Positions 19,915-29,725 of a stretch of 64,000 bases of DNA are shown piece after piece. Origin of the DNA: an uncultured Alphaproteobacteria bacterium (lineage in GTDB: Bacteria > Pseudomonadota > Alphaproteobacteria > HIMB59 > GCA-002718135); the NCBI GenBank assembly GCA_902521315.1, contig CABYRH010000004.1, positions 32,249 through 96,248 on the forward strand, written 5' to 3'. Position 1 is the stretch's first letter. Every line of letters begins with the position of its first letter. The notes under the pieces were generated by a model. It saw nothing but the letters and a program-made list of their open reading frames with translations. It was not told the origin of the DNA and did not search any database. A program made the position numbers and the translations under genes.

Positions 19915-20724
19915 ATGGCAAAAATTAAAATAGCAGTTGCAGGTTGTCTTGGCAGAATGGGCCAGGAAATATCGAAACAAATTTTACAAAATAAAAATTT
20001 AGAATTTGTTGGTGGTTTTGAATACAAAAAACATAAAGATATAAACAAACCTTTAAACAAAGTTTCAAGTATACATTCTGCAAAATTAGTTACAGCTAAT
20101 GCAGCTCAGTTAATCAAAGAAGCAAATGTCATCATTGATTTTACAACACCTGAGTCCACTTTAGATAATCTTAAGATCGCTTCTGCAAATAATACAGCAG
20201 TTGTTATTGGTACAACCGGAATGACGGATGCACAAAAAAAGAAAGTAAAAAGTTATTCTAAAAAAATACCTATACTAATGTCGTCTAACATGAGTTTGGG
20301 TGTTAACTTACTATTTAACTTAGTAAAACAAACAGCATCAGCTCTAAAAGATACTGATTATGATATTGAAATTGCTGAGACTCACCATAAACATAAAAAA
20401 GATGCCCCTTCTGGAACTGCATTATCTTTGGGTGATTATGCTGCTGAAGGTAGAAAAACTAAATTAAATAAATCAAAAGTTTTAGATCGTACAAAAAAAC
20501 TAACATCTAGAAAAAAAGGCGACATTGGTTTTTCTGTCACAAGAGGTGGTGAAATTGCAGGTGAGCACACAGTAAGTTTTATAGGATCAAATGACAGAAT
20601 AGATTTGGTGCATAAGGCTAATAACAGATCAATTTTTGTAACAGGCGCTATTGATGCTGCAGTATTTGTATCAAAGAAAAAAATGGGATTTTTTTCTATG
20701 AATGATTTGATTACTTTAAAATAA
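19915..20724 (+). CDS. dapB: 4-hydroxy-tetrahydrodipicolinate reductase
   Basis: 'IAVAGCLGRMG' and 'ETHHKHKKDAPSGTA'. Confidence 0.9.
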   Translation: MAKIKIAVAGCLGRMGQEISKQILQNKNLEFVGGFEYKKHKDINKPLNKVSSIHSAKLVTANAAQLIKEANVIIDFTTPESTLDNLKIASANNTAVVIGTTGMTDAQKKKVKSYSKKIPILMSSNMSLGVNLLFNLVKQTASALKDTDYDIEIAETHHKHKKDAPSGTALSLGDYAAEGRKTKLNKSKVLDRTKKLTSRKKGDIGFSVTRGGEIAGEHTVSFIGSNDRIDLVHKANNRSIFVTGAIDAAVFVSKKKMGFFSMNDLITLK

Positions 20725-20744
20725 ATATCTTGAAATTTTAATGT

Positions 20745-21833
20745 ATGAGTAAAGATATTCCATACTTTCCTAATAGAGAAATTGAGGGCGGCTGGAGACT
20801 CATATCAGCTGATCACGCATCAGAATTACTAAATATTAATTTTAATTTAATTGAACTAGAAATAAAACGCCAACAATTGTTTTTTGGAAACCATCCTCAA
20901 AGTACAGTCATTATTAAAGATGGCTATTTAGTTTATGAAAATCATAGTTTCATGACATTGCCGCAAAGTCGTTTTGATATATGGTCTTGTACAAAATCAT
21001 TCACTGGAATTGCATGGATGTTTTTATTAGAAGAAATAAAAAAAAATAAATCTAAAAAAAATTTAGATATAAATTTACAAACTCCTATATATAATTTTCT
21101 TCCAAAAGATTTTATAAAAAACGACTCAAGAAAAAAAAATATAAATTTACACCATTTATTGTCTATGACTTCAGGTTTAAAAGGAGAAAATAATGATATT
21201 TATGGCTTAGTGACTGGACCTCAAAATGGTCCATTTGAATTTGCTATTGGAAAATGTGAGAATAGATATGGAAAGTCAGTCGATATTTTATCTTCTGAAC
21301 CTGGAAAACAATGGGGATATTCTGATCCAGCAGTAGCTTTACTTTCATTTGTTTTTTTTGAAATAACAAAAAAAAATATTCATGAATATTTATATGAAAA
21401 ACTTTTTAGAATAATTGGTATAGAGAACGCTAGTTGGGATATTCATGGCGGTGGAAATTTTTTAGGTCCATTTACCTCATCGCATGTTGGTCTTCACATT
21501 TCAGCCAGAGATTTATCACGCTTTGGATATTTCATGCTAAAAAAAGGACAATGGAATAACATTAATATATTGTCTTCAGATTATATAGACCGAGCAACTA
21601 CAAAATCACAAAATTTAAATTCATCGTACGGATATCAATTTTGGATAAATTCAGACGGCCTTCGATGGCCATCTTTACCAAGAGACACTTATGCTTTGGA
21701 AGGATACAACTCTAATAGATGTTATATTATACCATCTTATGATTTAATAATAACGAGAATTGGATCTGGGCCATCAGAATGGAATGAACAAAATTTTGTA
21801 AATAATATTTTTAAAAGTTTTAAAAAAAATTAA
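20745..21833 (+). CDS. Beta-lactamase-family serine hydrolase
   Basis: SxxK motif 'WSCTKSF' and a second motif 'GYSD' (a YxN variant). Confidence 0.7.
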   Translation: MSKDIPYFPNREIEGGWRLISADHASELLNINFNLIELEIKRQQLFFGNHPQSTVIIKDGYLVYENHSFMTLPQSRFDIWSCTKSFTGIAWMFLLEEIKKNKSKKNLDINLQTPIYNFLPKDFIKNDSRKKNINLHHLLSMTSGLKGENNDIYGLVTGPQNGPFEFAIGKCENRYGKSVDILSSEPGKQWGYSDPAVALLSFVFFEITKKNIHEYLYEKLFRIIGIENASWDIHGGGNFLGPFTSSHVGLHISARDLSRFGYFMLKKGQWNNINILSSDYIDRATTKSQNLNSSYGYQFWINSDGLRWPSLPRDTYALEGYNSNRCYIIPSYDLIITRIGSGPSEWNEQNFVNNIFKSFKKN

Positions 21834-22276
21834 TATAAATTTAATTGTTTTTTAATTCTTAAATATAAACCCTCTTTTAAATCAGCATGCAAGAAAGTTG
21901 CAACTTCAGTTTCTTTATCTGATTCTCTAATTGATAACTTGGAAGTATTTTTAAATTTTGTAAAAAAAACTTTAGACCAATAAGTGCTGAATTTAGATGA
22001 ATGTAAAAGTTTATCACCTTTATATTTTCTTATAGATATTTCTTTTTGATTAATGTTAATTTCATCCTTAATATTTTTTTCTTTGAAATATAAACGGATT
22101 AAATAAAAAATAATCAGATATTCAAGTCCAAGAAATATAGATACAGGCCATGCACCTTGTACAATAAGAAAAATAGAGAATAATGAAATCCAACTTATAA
22201 AAATAATTCCTAAAACTAAAAAGACTGATTTAGAACAGCTTTGATAGGGTCTTATATTTTCATTTAATGAATTCAT
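21830..22276 (-). CDS. DUF2244-like two-TM membrane protein
   Basis: 148 aa. Two adjacent TM helices around 'QGAWPVSIFLGLEYLIIFYLIRLYF', then a soluble tail. This pattern matches my memory of DUF2244. Confidence 0.5.
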   Translation of the reverse strand: MNSLNENIRPYQSCSKSVFLVLGIIFISWISLFSIFLIVQGAWPVSIFLGLEYLIIFYLIRLYFKEKNIKDEININQKEISIRKYKGDKLLHSSKFSTYWSKVFFTKFKNTSKLSIRESDKETEVATFLHADLKEGLYLRIKKQLNLY

Positions 22277-22488
22277 AATTTGACATTAATATAAAATAAC
22301 CTTTCTGATAAAGGGACATATGTGCACAGATATTTAATCGATAATTTACAGTTTATTATTAATTTATAATTGCTTCCAAATCCTAAAAAATGGCTAAATT
22401 CCTTTGATCTCTTGCTAATTCAGTAAGGAACATATAGATGCATCCCCGAAAAAATATTAAGTAACAATCCTAATTTAATGGTGGCTTG

Positions 22489-25400
22489 ATGAAAAAGATT
22501 AGTAAAATTTTAGCAGCAAACAGAAGTGAAATTGCCATTCGAATATTCAGAGCTGCAGAAGAGTCTGGTATTAAAACAGCTGCTATTTATTCTAAAGAAG
22601 ATCGTTTTGCTATTCACCGATTTAAAACGGATGAAAGTTATTTAGTAGGTGAAGGCAAAGGTCCAATTCAAGCATATTTGGACATAGACTCGATTATTAA
22701 AATTGCTAAAGATGCAAAGGTTGATGCTATCCATCCAGGTTATGGATTTTTATCTGAGAGTCCTGAACTAGCTGAGCAGTGTGAAAAAAATGACATAACA
22801 TTTATTGGGCCTAGTAAAGAAATACTAAAAAGATTTGGAAATAAAACAGAGGCTAAAAAAGTTGCTGAAGAAGCAAAGGTAGGCACCGTTCCGTCTGTTC
22901 TTGTAACAAAAGAAAATTTAAAGAGTGTTGAAAAAGAAGTTGAGAAAATTGGTTACCCAGTAATTGTTAAAGCTAGTTGGGGCGGCGGCGGTCGAGGAAT
23001 GCGCGTTGTTAGATCAAGTAATGAATTAATAGATCAAATTACAACTGCTCAAAGCGAGTCACTTAAAGCTTTTGGAAAAGATGAAGTATTTATAGAAAAA
23101 TTTTTAGAAGATGCTGCGCACATTGAAGTTCAAATTTTAGGTGACAAACACGGAAATATCATACATCTTTTTGAAAGAGATTGTTCTCTTCAAAGAAGGC
23201 ATCAAAAGATTATTGAAAGAGCACCTGCACATTTTCTTGAAAATAAAACTCGAGAAGAAATTTGTAACGCCGCTATTAAAATTGCAAAAGAAGTTAAATA
23301 CTTTGGCGCAGGAACTGTTGAATTTTTGTTTGATAAAAAATCTGGCGAATTTTATTTCATTGAAGTTAACCCAAGAATTCAAGTTGAACATACAGTAACA
23401 GAAGAAGTAACTGGTATTGATATTGTAAAAGCCCAAATTAAAATTGCAGAAGGTCAAAAAATTGGAAGTCACCCAGCTCTTCCTAAACAAGAAGAAATTC
23501 ATCTAAATGGATTTGCTATTCAATGTAGAGTTACTACCGAAGATCCGCTTAATAATTTTATGCCAGATTATGGGAAGATAATGACTTACCGATCAGCTGC
23601 TGGTTTTGGAGTGAGGCTAGATGCAGCAAATGCTTCTTCAGGTTCGATCATCACACCGTATTATGATTCTTTACTTGTAAAAGTAACAACTTGGGCAAAG
23701 CATCAAGACGACTGTATTAAAAGAATGGATAGGGCTTTGCGAGAATTTAGAATCAGAGGTGTTAAAACAAATTTAGTATTTCTTGAGTCTCTTATTAACA
23801 ATAAAGACTTCCTTGAAGGAAACTACAATACAAATTTTGTTGATACTAAAAAAGAACTCTATGCTTATAATCCGCAAAAAGATAGAGCATCAAAAATCGT
23901 ATCTTATCTTGGAAATATAATTGTAAATGGACACAATGATATATCTGGTAGAGTCAGTAATAATTCGACTGTAGAAGTTCAAGTTCCTATTTCAAACATT
24001 AAAAGTGAAAAAAATAATTATGTAAAGGATTTACAAACTTTAGGTCCAGAAAAATTTGCAAAAAAAATAAAAGAAACACCCCATACCCTAATTACTGACA
24101 CAACGATGCGTGACGCACACCAATCGCTTCTTGCTACAAGAATGAGAACAGATGATCTTGTTAACATCGCTGAATATTATAGTGAAAATCTAAGTACCTT
24201 ATTCTCATTAGAATGTTGGGGAGGCGCAACGTTTGATACATCGATGCGTTTTTTAAAAGAAGATCCTTGGGATAGATTAGCAAGATTAAACAAAAGAGCA
24301 CCTAACCTTCTTAAACAAATGCTCTTTAGAGGATCTAATGCTGTTGGATATAAAAATTATCCAGATAACGTTGTTAAACACTTCATTCAACAGTCAGCTC
24401 AAGCTGGAATTGATGTATTCCGAGTTTTTGATTCATTAAACCTAATTGATAATATGCGTGTTGCAATTGATGAAGTCCGCAATCAAAATAAAATTTGTGA
24501 AGGAACTATCTGTTATACAAATGATGTAACTGATCCAAATGAGAAAAAATATACATTAAAATATTATATTGATCTTGTTAAAGATTTAGAAAAAGCAGGA
24601 GCACATATTATTGCCATTAAAGATATGGCGGGATTAGCAAAACCTAATGCTATAAAAAAATTAGTTAACGAAATTAAACAAACAACTGATCTTCCAATTC
24701 ATTTCCATACTCACGATACATCTGGCACTTCATCAGCTTCAGTTCTTGCTGCTATTGAGGAAAAGGTCGATATCGTTGATCTTGCAATTGACTCGATGAG
24801 TGGATTAACATCACAACCTGCGCTTGGTTCAATCGTATCTATAATGAAACAAAATCATCAAGACCCAAAACTTGATGAAGAGGCTATAAGAACACTATCT
24901 TTATATTGGGAGCAGGTACGTCAAAATTATCATGCTTTTGAAACTGATTTCAAAGGCGGAAGTTCTGATGTGTATCTTCACCAAATGCCTGGTGGTCAGT
25001 TTACGAATTTAAAAGAACAAGCGAGATCATTGGGAATTACAACTGATAAGTGGGGAATGGTTGCTAATAAATATGCAGAAGTAAACCAACTTTTTGGTGA
25101 TATTGTGAAGGTAACCCCTTCTTCAAAAATTGTAGGCGATATGGCGCTTTATATGATTGCTAATGATTTATCCAAAGAAAATGTACTAGATCCAAAAAAA
25201 GAAATTTCCTTTCCTGCTTCAGTCATAGAATTTTTTAAAGGGGATATTGGTATACCACATGGAGGCTTTCCAAAAGAACTTCAAAAGAAAGTTCTTGGTG
25301 ACACAAAACCTCTAACAAAAAGACCTGGAGAAGTTTTAGAATCAGTTGATTTAGACAAAGAAGCAAAAAATTTAGAAGATGAAATTGGGATGAAAGTTAA

Positions 25401-25929
25401 TCAAACACATCTAGCGTCTTACTTAATGTATCCAAAAGTTTTTAAAGATTATGTTGATCATTTTAAGGAGTTTAGTGATACATCAATTCTATCAACTGAG
25501 TTGTTTTTCTATGGTCCTCAACAAGATAAAGAATACACAATAGAAATTGATAAAGGAAAAAACCTTATCTTAAGATACTTAGCGAAAAGTGAAGTTAATA
25601 GTAACGGAAAGTGCTCTGTGTTTTTTGAAATTAACGGACAACCAAGAACAATAGATATAGAAAATAAAGAATTTTCAAAAAATATAACACAAAGAGCTAA
25701 AGCAGATGATAATAATTTGGATCATGTCGGATCTCCTTTGCCAGGTCAAGTTGCTAAAATATTTGTTCAATCAGGTAGTAAGGTGATTAAAGGTGATAAG
25801 TTATTAGTGATCGAGGCTATGAAAATGGAAACTACAATAAACGCTGATAAAAGTGGAACAATCAAATCAATTAATGTTGCATCTGGCGATAATGTGGAAA
25901 CCAAAGATTTGCTTGTTGAAATTAGCTAG
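22489..25929 (+). CDS. pyc: Pyruvate carboxylase (single-chain)
   Basis: Biotin carboxylase N-terminus ('KILAANRSEIAIRIFRA', 'KASWGGGGRGMRVV'), a carboxyltransferase TIM domain, and C-terminal biotinylation site 'IEAMKMET'. ATG 22489 is preferred over TTG 22486. Confidence 0.95.
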   Translation: MKKISKILAANRSEIAIRIFRAAEESGIKTAAIYSKEDRFAIHRFKTDESYLVGEGKGPIQAYLDIDSIIKIAKDAKVDAIHPGYGFLSESPELAEQCEKNDITFIGPSKEILKRFGNKTEAKKVAEEAKVGTVPSVLVTKENLKSVEKEVEKIGYPVIVKASWGGGGRGMRVVRSSNELIDQITTAQSESLKAFGKDEVFIEKFLEDAAHIEVQILGDKHGNIIHLFERDCSLQRRHQKIIERAPAHFLENKTREEICNAAIKIAKEVKYFGAGTVEFLFDKKSGEFYFIEVNPRIQVEHTVTEEVTGIDIVKAQIKIAEGQKIGSHPALPKQEEIHLNGFAIQCRVTTEDPLNNFMPDYGKIMTYRSAAGFGVRLDAANASSGSIITPYYDSLLVKVTTWAKHQDDCIKRMDRALREFRIRGVKTNLVFLESLINNKDFLEGNYNTNFVDTKKELYAYNPQKDRASKIVSYLGNIIVNGHNDISGRVSNNSTVEVQVPISNIKSEKNNYVKDLQTLGPEKFAKKIKETPHTLITDTTMRDAHQSLLATRMRTDDLVNIAEYYSENLSTLFSLECWGGATFDTSMRFLKEDPWDRLARLNKRAPNLLKQMLFRGSNAVGYKNYPDNVVKHFIQQSAQAGIDVFRVFDSLNLIDNMRVAIDEVRNQNKICEGTICYTNDVTDPNEKKYTLKYYIDLVKDLEKAGAHIIAIKDMAGLAKPNAIKKLVNEIKQTTDLPIHFHTHDTSGTSSASVLAAIEEKVDIVDLAIDSMSGLTSQPALGSIVSIMKQNHQDPKLDEEAIRTLSLYWEQVRQNYHAFETDFKGGSSDVYLHQMPGGQFTNLKEQARSLGITTDKWGMVANKYAEVNQLFGDIVKVTPSSKIVGDMALYMIANDLSKENVLDPKKEISFPASVIEFFKGDIGIPHGGFPKELQKKVLGDTKPLTKRPGEVLESVDLDKEAKNLEDEIGMKVNQTHLASYLMYPKVFKDYVDHFKEFSDTSILSTELFFYGPQQDKEYTIEIDKGKNLILRYLAKSEVNSNGKCSVFFEINGQPRTIDIENKEFSKNITQRAKADDNNLDHVGSPLPGQVAKIFVQSGSKVIKGDKLLVIEAMKMETTINADKSGTIKSINVASGDNVETKDLLVEIS

Positions 25930-26407
25930 TAAAGTCGTATTCTTTATAACATTCTTCTATCGAGTTTTTTGTATTAATAAGCTCCCCTAAAGAGTCTCGA
26001 AATTCAAAATATTCTACTCTCTTAATATTTGAGTTTATATTAAAGAAGATAAACAACCTACATGAACTACTATCATACCGCATCATATGCACCGAGCCAT
26101 CTGATCGTGCTAAATTAGGCTGTCCTAGTTTTTGTTTAATCTCAGCAAGTTGTTTTCCCATAAAATTTATTTCTGAGATTTTTTGCTGCTCCTTAACTAT
26201 AGTTTTTTCCTCTTCTTTTTCTTCAGTGATAATTTGTTGTTCTTCAGCAATAGTTTTATCTTCAATAATTTCTGGTTCTTTTTTTATAATAGTTTCTTCA
26301 ACTTTATCTTTTACTACCGTCCCAACTTTAACGACTTCTCTTCCAACTTCAATAGTCGTACAGCTAGATAAAAACACTAATGTTAAAAAATAAATTGATA
26401 ACCGCAT
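25922..26407 (-). CDS. Lipoprotein with E/K-rich linker and small BamE-like C-terminal domain
   Basis: Lipobox 'FLSSC'. The C-terminal 'GKQLAEIKQKLGQPN...RVEYFEF' loosely resembles the SmpA/OmlA fold. Confidence 0.45.
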   Translation of the reverse strand: MRLSIYFLTLVFLSSCTTIEVGREVVKVGTVVKDKVEETIIKKEPEIIEDKTIAEEQQIITEEKEEEKTIVKEQQKISEINFMGKQLAEIKQKLGQPNLARSDGSVHMMRYDSSSCRLFIFFNINSNIKRVEYFEFRDSLGELINTKNSIEECYKEYDFTS

Positions 26408-26442
26408 TGCTCTTAGTGGGATTTCTATATATGTAATCGCAT

Positions 26443-27063
26443 ATGATTACAGTAATTAAATCACCATTCGTTCAATACAAATTAACAATTTTACGAAATA
26501 AAAAAACATCAAATACTGTTTTTAGACAAACTATGAATGAAATAAGCTATCTCATTGCTTCTGATGTTCTTCAACACGTTCCCTTTAAAAAACAAACAAT
26601 TGAAACACCTCTAAAAAAAATGAGTGGTACAGCCTTGGGTCAACCCATAATTTTGGTCCCAATTTTACGTGCCGGTTTAGGGTTACTTGAGGGGTTTGCA
26701 AAATTTTTACCGGAAGCTGAAAAAGGTCACATAGGTTTATACCGCGACGAACAAACTTATGAACCTGTAGAATACCTCTTTAAACTTCCAAGAGTTAAAA
26801 ATAAAAAAGTGTTAATTCTAGATCCAATGTTGGCTACAGGTAATTCTTCAATTGCTGCAATCAATTTAATAAAAAACAAAGGCGTTAATATTAAAGATAT
26901 ATTTTTGGTGTCTTTGCTAGCTGCTCCTGAGGGTATTAAAAATATTCAAAAAAAGCAAAAAGGCATTCATATATTCACTTGCAACATTGATGCTAAATTG
27001 AATAAAAATAAGTTCATTGTACCGGGCTTAGGTGACGCAGGCGATAGGTATATGGGTACTTGA
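26443..27063 (+). CDS. upp: Uracil phosphoribosyltransferase
   Basis: PRPP loop 'VLILDPMLATGNS' and 'IVPGLGDAGDR'. Confidence 0.93.
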   Translation: MITVIKSPFVQYKLTILRNKKTSNTVFRQTMNEISYLIASDVLQHVPFKKQTIETPLKKMSGTALGQPIILVPILRAGLGLLEGFAKFLPEAEKGHIGLYRDEQTYEPVEYLFKLPRVKNKKVLILDPMLATGNSSIAAINLIKNKGVNIKDIFLVSLLAAPEGIKNIQKKQKGIHIFTCNIDAKLNKNKFIVPGLGDAGDRYMGT

Positions 27064-27180
27064 AGTTATCCATAAAAAATCCTATTATTTATCAATAATC
27101 TCATTTTTTAATGCATTTTTTTATAAAGAAAATGTTATCAGTGGGATATCTATAATTCATATTTAAGGGGGATTTTTGGT

Positions 27181-28158
27181 ATGAAGAAAATTTTAAGTAT
27201 TTTTTCAGTTTCTTTCGCTCTTGTCTTCTCTTCAAGTGCGTTCGCAAACACGATAGGAGTTGTTTATGACTCTGGTGGAAAATTTGACAAATCATTTAAC
27301 GAGTTAGCATTCAATACAGCTGAGAGAGTTGTTAATGAACTTGGCTGGGGTATGATTGAGTTTGAATCTGCAAACGACAATCAGATCGAGCAGGGTATGC
27401 GTAAGATTGCTGATAGAGGAGCAACAATGATCGTAGGAATGGGATTTGCTCAAGCTGATGCAGTTGCAGCAGTTTCAGCTGATTACCCAGATATAAAATT
27501 TGTTGCAGTTGATGTTTGTTGGTTAGACGATCCAAACAACAATATTTATCAAGCTTGTTATAAAGAGCATGAAGGTTCTTTCTTAGTTGGAATGATGGCT
27601 GCTATGGCATCTAAAAGTGGAACAATAGGTTTCGTTGGTGGAATGGATATTCCTCTGATTAGAAAATTCCAAGGTGGTTATGAGCAAGGTGCACAATATG
27701 TAAATCCAGATATAACTGTTTTAGCTAATATGACTGGAACTACAAACGAGGCATGGAATAATCCAACAAAAGGTGCAGAATTAACAAAAGCTCAAATTGA
27801 TGGCGGTGCTGATGTTGTATACCAAGCTGCTGGTGGAACAGGTATTGGTGTTCTTCAAGCTGCGGCTGATGCCGGTATTATGGGTATTGGAGTTGACTCT
27901 AATCAAAACTGGATGCACCCAGGTAACATGTTAACATCAATGTTGAAGAGATTAGATCTAACAATTTTTGAACAAGCTAAAAATGTTGAGTCAGGCAGAT
28001 TTGAATCTGGCATAAACATTCTTGGTCTTTCAGAAGGAATGGTTGGTTATGCAACTGAAGATGGAATGGTAACATCTGAAATGGCTGCTGCCGCAGATGC
28101 TGCTGCTGCAGACATTGCGAGCGGTGCTCTAGTTGTTGCTGACTGGTCACAAGAGTAG
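27181..28158 (+). CDS. BMP-family (PnrA/Med-like) ABC substrate-binding protein, probable nucleoside binding
   Basis: Signal peptide 'SSSAFA'. 'IGVVYDSGGKFDKSFNELAF' and 'GFVGGMDIPLIRKFQGGYEQGA' are typical of the BMP family. Markedly higher G+C than its neighbours. Confidence 0.85.
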   Translation: MKKILSIFSVSFALVFSSSAFANTIGVVYDSGGKFDKSFNELAFNTAERVVNELGWGMIEFESANDNQIEQGMRKIADRGATMIVGMGFAQADAVAAVSADYPDIKFVAVDVCWLDDPNNNIYQACYKEHEGSFLVGMMAAMASKSGTIGFVGGMDIPLIRKFQGGYEQGAQYVNPDITVLANMTGTTNEAWNNPTKGAELTKAQIDGGADVVYQAAGGTGIGVLQAAADAGIMGIGVDSNQNWMHPGNMLTSMLKRLDLTIFEQAKNVESGRFESGINILGLSEGMVGYATEDGMVTSEMAAAADAAAADIASGALVVADWSQE

Positions 28159-28176
28159 ATACTAAAATAAATATTT

Positions 28177-28215
28177 GGTGAGACCAAAGATTAATAAATA
28201 ATTTATGGTCTCACC
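28177..28215 (+). promoter_or_regulatory. Intercistronic hairpin occluding the start of the ABC ATPase gene
   Basis: GGTGAGACC (28177-28185) is perfectly complementary to GGTCTCACC (28207-28215), with a 21-nt loop. The 3' arm begins at the G of ATG 28205-28207. Confidence 0.5.
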
Positions 28216-29725
28216 TATCTTAGAATTAACGGATATAAATAAATCATTTGGTCATGTTCAGGCCAACAAAAATATTAATCTCAAAATAAATAAAGGAACA
28301 ATTCACGGCATAATTGGAGAAAACGGAGCAGGTAAATCTACTTTGATGAGTATAGTCTTTGGTCTTTACCAGGCTAACTCAGGCTCAATTAAAATTAATG
28401 GAAAAGAAATTAATTTAAGATCACCAAGAGATTCAATAATTAATGGCATAGGTATGGTTCACCAACATTTTATGTTGGTAGAAAATTTTACTGTACTTGA
28501 AAATATAATTCTTGGTTTTGAAGGCGAAACGGTATTTGGAGAAAAATTACAAAAAGCAAAAGAAGATTTGGAAAAATTATGTCAAACATACAATTTTAAT
28601 ATTGATCTTGATGCAACTATTTCAGATTTATCAGTAGGTTTTCGTCAAAGAGTGGAAATATTAAAATCTTTATACAGAGGAGCAGAGATATTAATTCTTG
28701 ATGAGCCAACAGGTGTTCTTACACCTCAAGAAGTTGATGAGTTATTTAAAATTCTACGTTCATTAAAAGATGAAGGCAAAACCATAGTATTAATTACGCA
28801 TAAATTAATTGAAATAATGGATTTAACAAGCGAAGTATCAGTGATGCGTCAAGGCGAAATGGTTGGGCATACAAAAACTGAAGATACAAGTAAAGAACAA
28901 CTAGCCGAAATGATGGTAGGAAGAAGCGTCTTACTTAGAGTTGATAAAAAAGAAATAAAAAAAGGGGAGACCATATTTAAAGTTAATAATCTTTCAGTCA
29001 AAGACGATCTAGATGTAACGCGTGTAAAAGATGTAAACCTAGAAATATGTTCAGGAGAAATTCTGGGTATTGCTGGTGTAACTGGTAATGGACAAACTGA
29101 ATTATTAGAAGCACTTTCAGGGATTAGAAAAGTAGAGTCTGGAAGTATTGAATTATTTGGTGAAAAAATTTCTGATCAAAATAATTTCTTAAACCCAAGA
29201 ATGCTTAAAGAAAAAGGTTTAGCGCATGTACCTGAAGATAGACAAAGAATGGGTTTAATAAGTGATTTCAAAGCCCATGAAAATTTAATTTTTGGTTATC
29301 ATGATCAAGAGCCATATTCAAAATCTGCAATTTTGAACAATAAAGAAATTACTGAATATTCAAATAAGGTTATGCAAGAATATGATGTTCGACCTAATTC
29401 TCCAAACTTAATAACATCTAATTTTTCAGGAGGTAATCAACAAAAAATTATTTTGAGTAGAGAGCTTAATGAAAATCCAAAAGTTCTTTTAGTGGGGCAG
29501 CCAACAAGAGGTGTAGATATTGGAGCAATCGAATTTATCCATCAACGTCTTATAGATATGAGAGATAAAGGTGCAGCAATACTATTAGCATCAGTTGAGT
29601 TAGATGAAATCTTATCCTTATCTGACAGAATAATTGTTATGTTTGATGGAAAAATTGTTGGAGAAAAGGAAAACAAAAATGTTACTGATCGTGAGCTAGG
29701 ATTGCTAATGGCTGGTGTTGCATAA
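28205..29725 (+). CDS. ABC transporter ATP-binding protein (duplicated ATPase, sugar/nucleoside type)
   Basis: Walker A 'GENGAGKST' and 'GVTGNGQTE'. Signatures 'LSVGFRQRVEI' and 'FSGGNQQKIIL'. Confidence 0.9.
   Translation: MVSPILELTDINKSFGHVQANKNINLKINKGTIHGIIGENGAGKSTLMSIVFGLYQANSGSIKINGKEINLRSPRDSIINGIGMVHQHFMLVENFTVLENIILGFEGETVFGEKLQKAKEDLEKLCQTYNFNIDLDATISDLSVGFRQRVEILKSLYRGAEILILDEPTGVLTPQEVDELFKILRSLKDEGKTIVLITHKLIEIMDLTSEVSVMRQGEMVGHTKTEDTSKEQLAEMMVGRSVLLRVDKKEIKKGETIFKVNNLSVKDDLDVTRVKDVNLEICSGEILGIAGVTGNGQTELLEALSGIRKVESGSIELFGEKISDQNNFLNPRMLKEKGLAHVPEDRQRMGLISDFKAHENLIFGYHDQEPYSKSAILNNKEITEYSNKVMQEYDVRPNSPNLITSNFSGGNQQKIILSRELNENPKVLLVGQPTRGVDIGAIEFIHQRLIDMRDKGAAILLASVELDEILSLSDRIIVMFDGKIVGEKENKNVTDRELGLLMAGVA

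Noticed and set aside
22277-22488. Mini-ORFs in the pyc upstream region (MAKFL*, MCTDI*, MHPRKNIK*) as leader peptides, and TTG 22486 as the pyc start
   Set aside because: None of the mini-ORFs has an SD or a regulatory-codon pattern. The ATG at 22489 directly follows the TTG and has GGTGG upstream, so the one-codon-longer call is not preferred.
27064-27180. Purine or other riboswitch upstream of the BMP nucleoside-binding protein gene
   Set aside because: The 117-bp spacer shows no conserved riboswitch core (for example no purine-riboswitch junction motifs) and no convincing multi-helix structure by eye.
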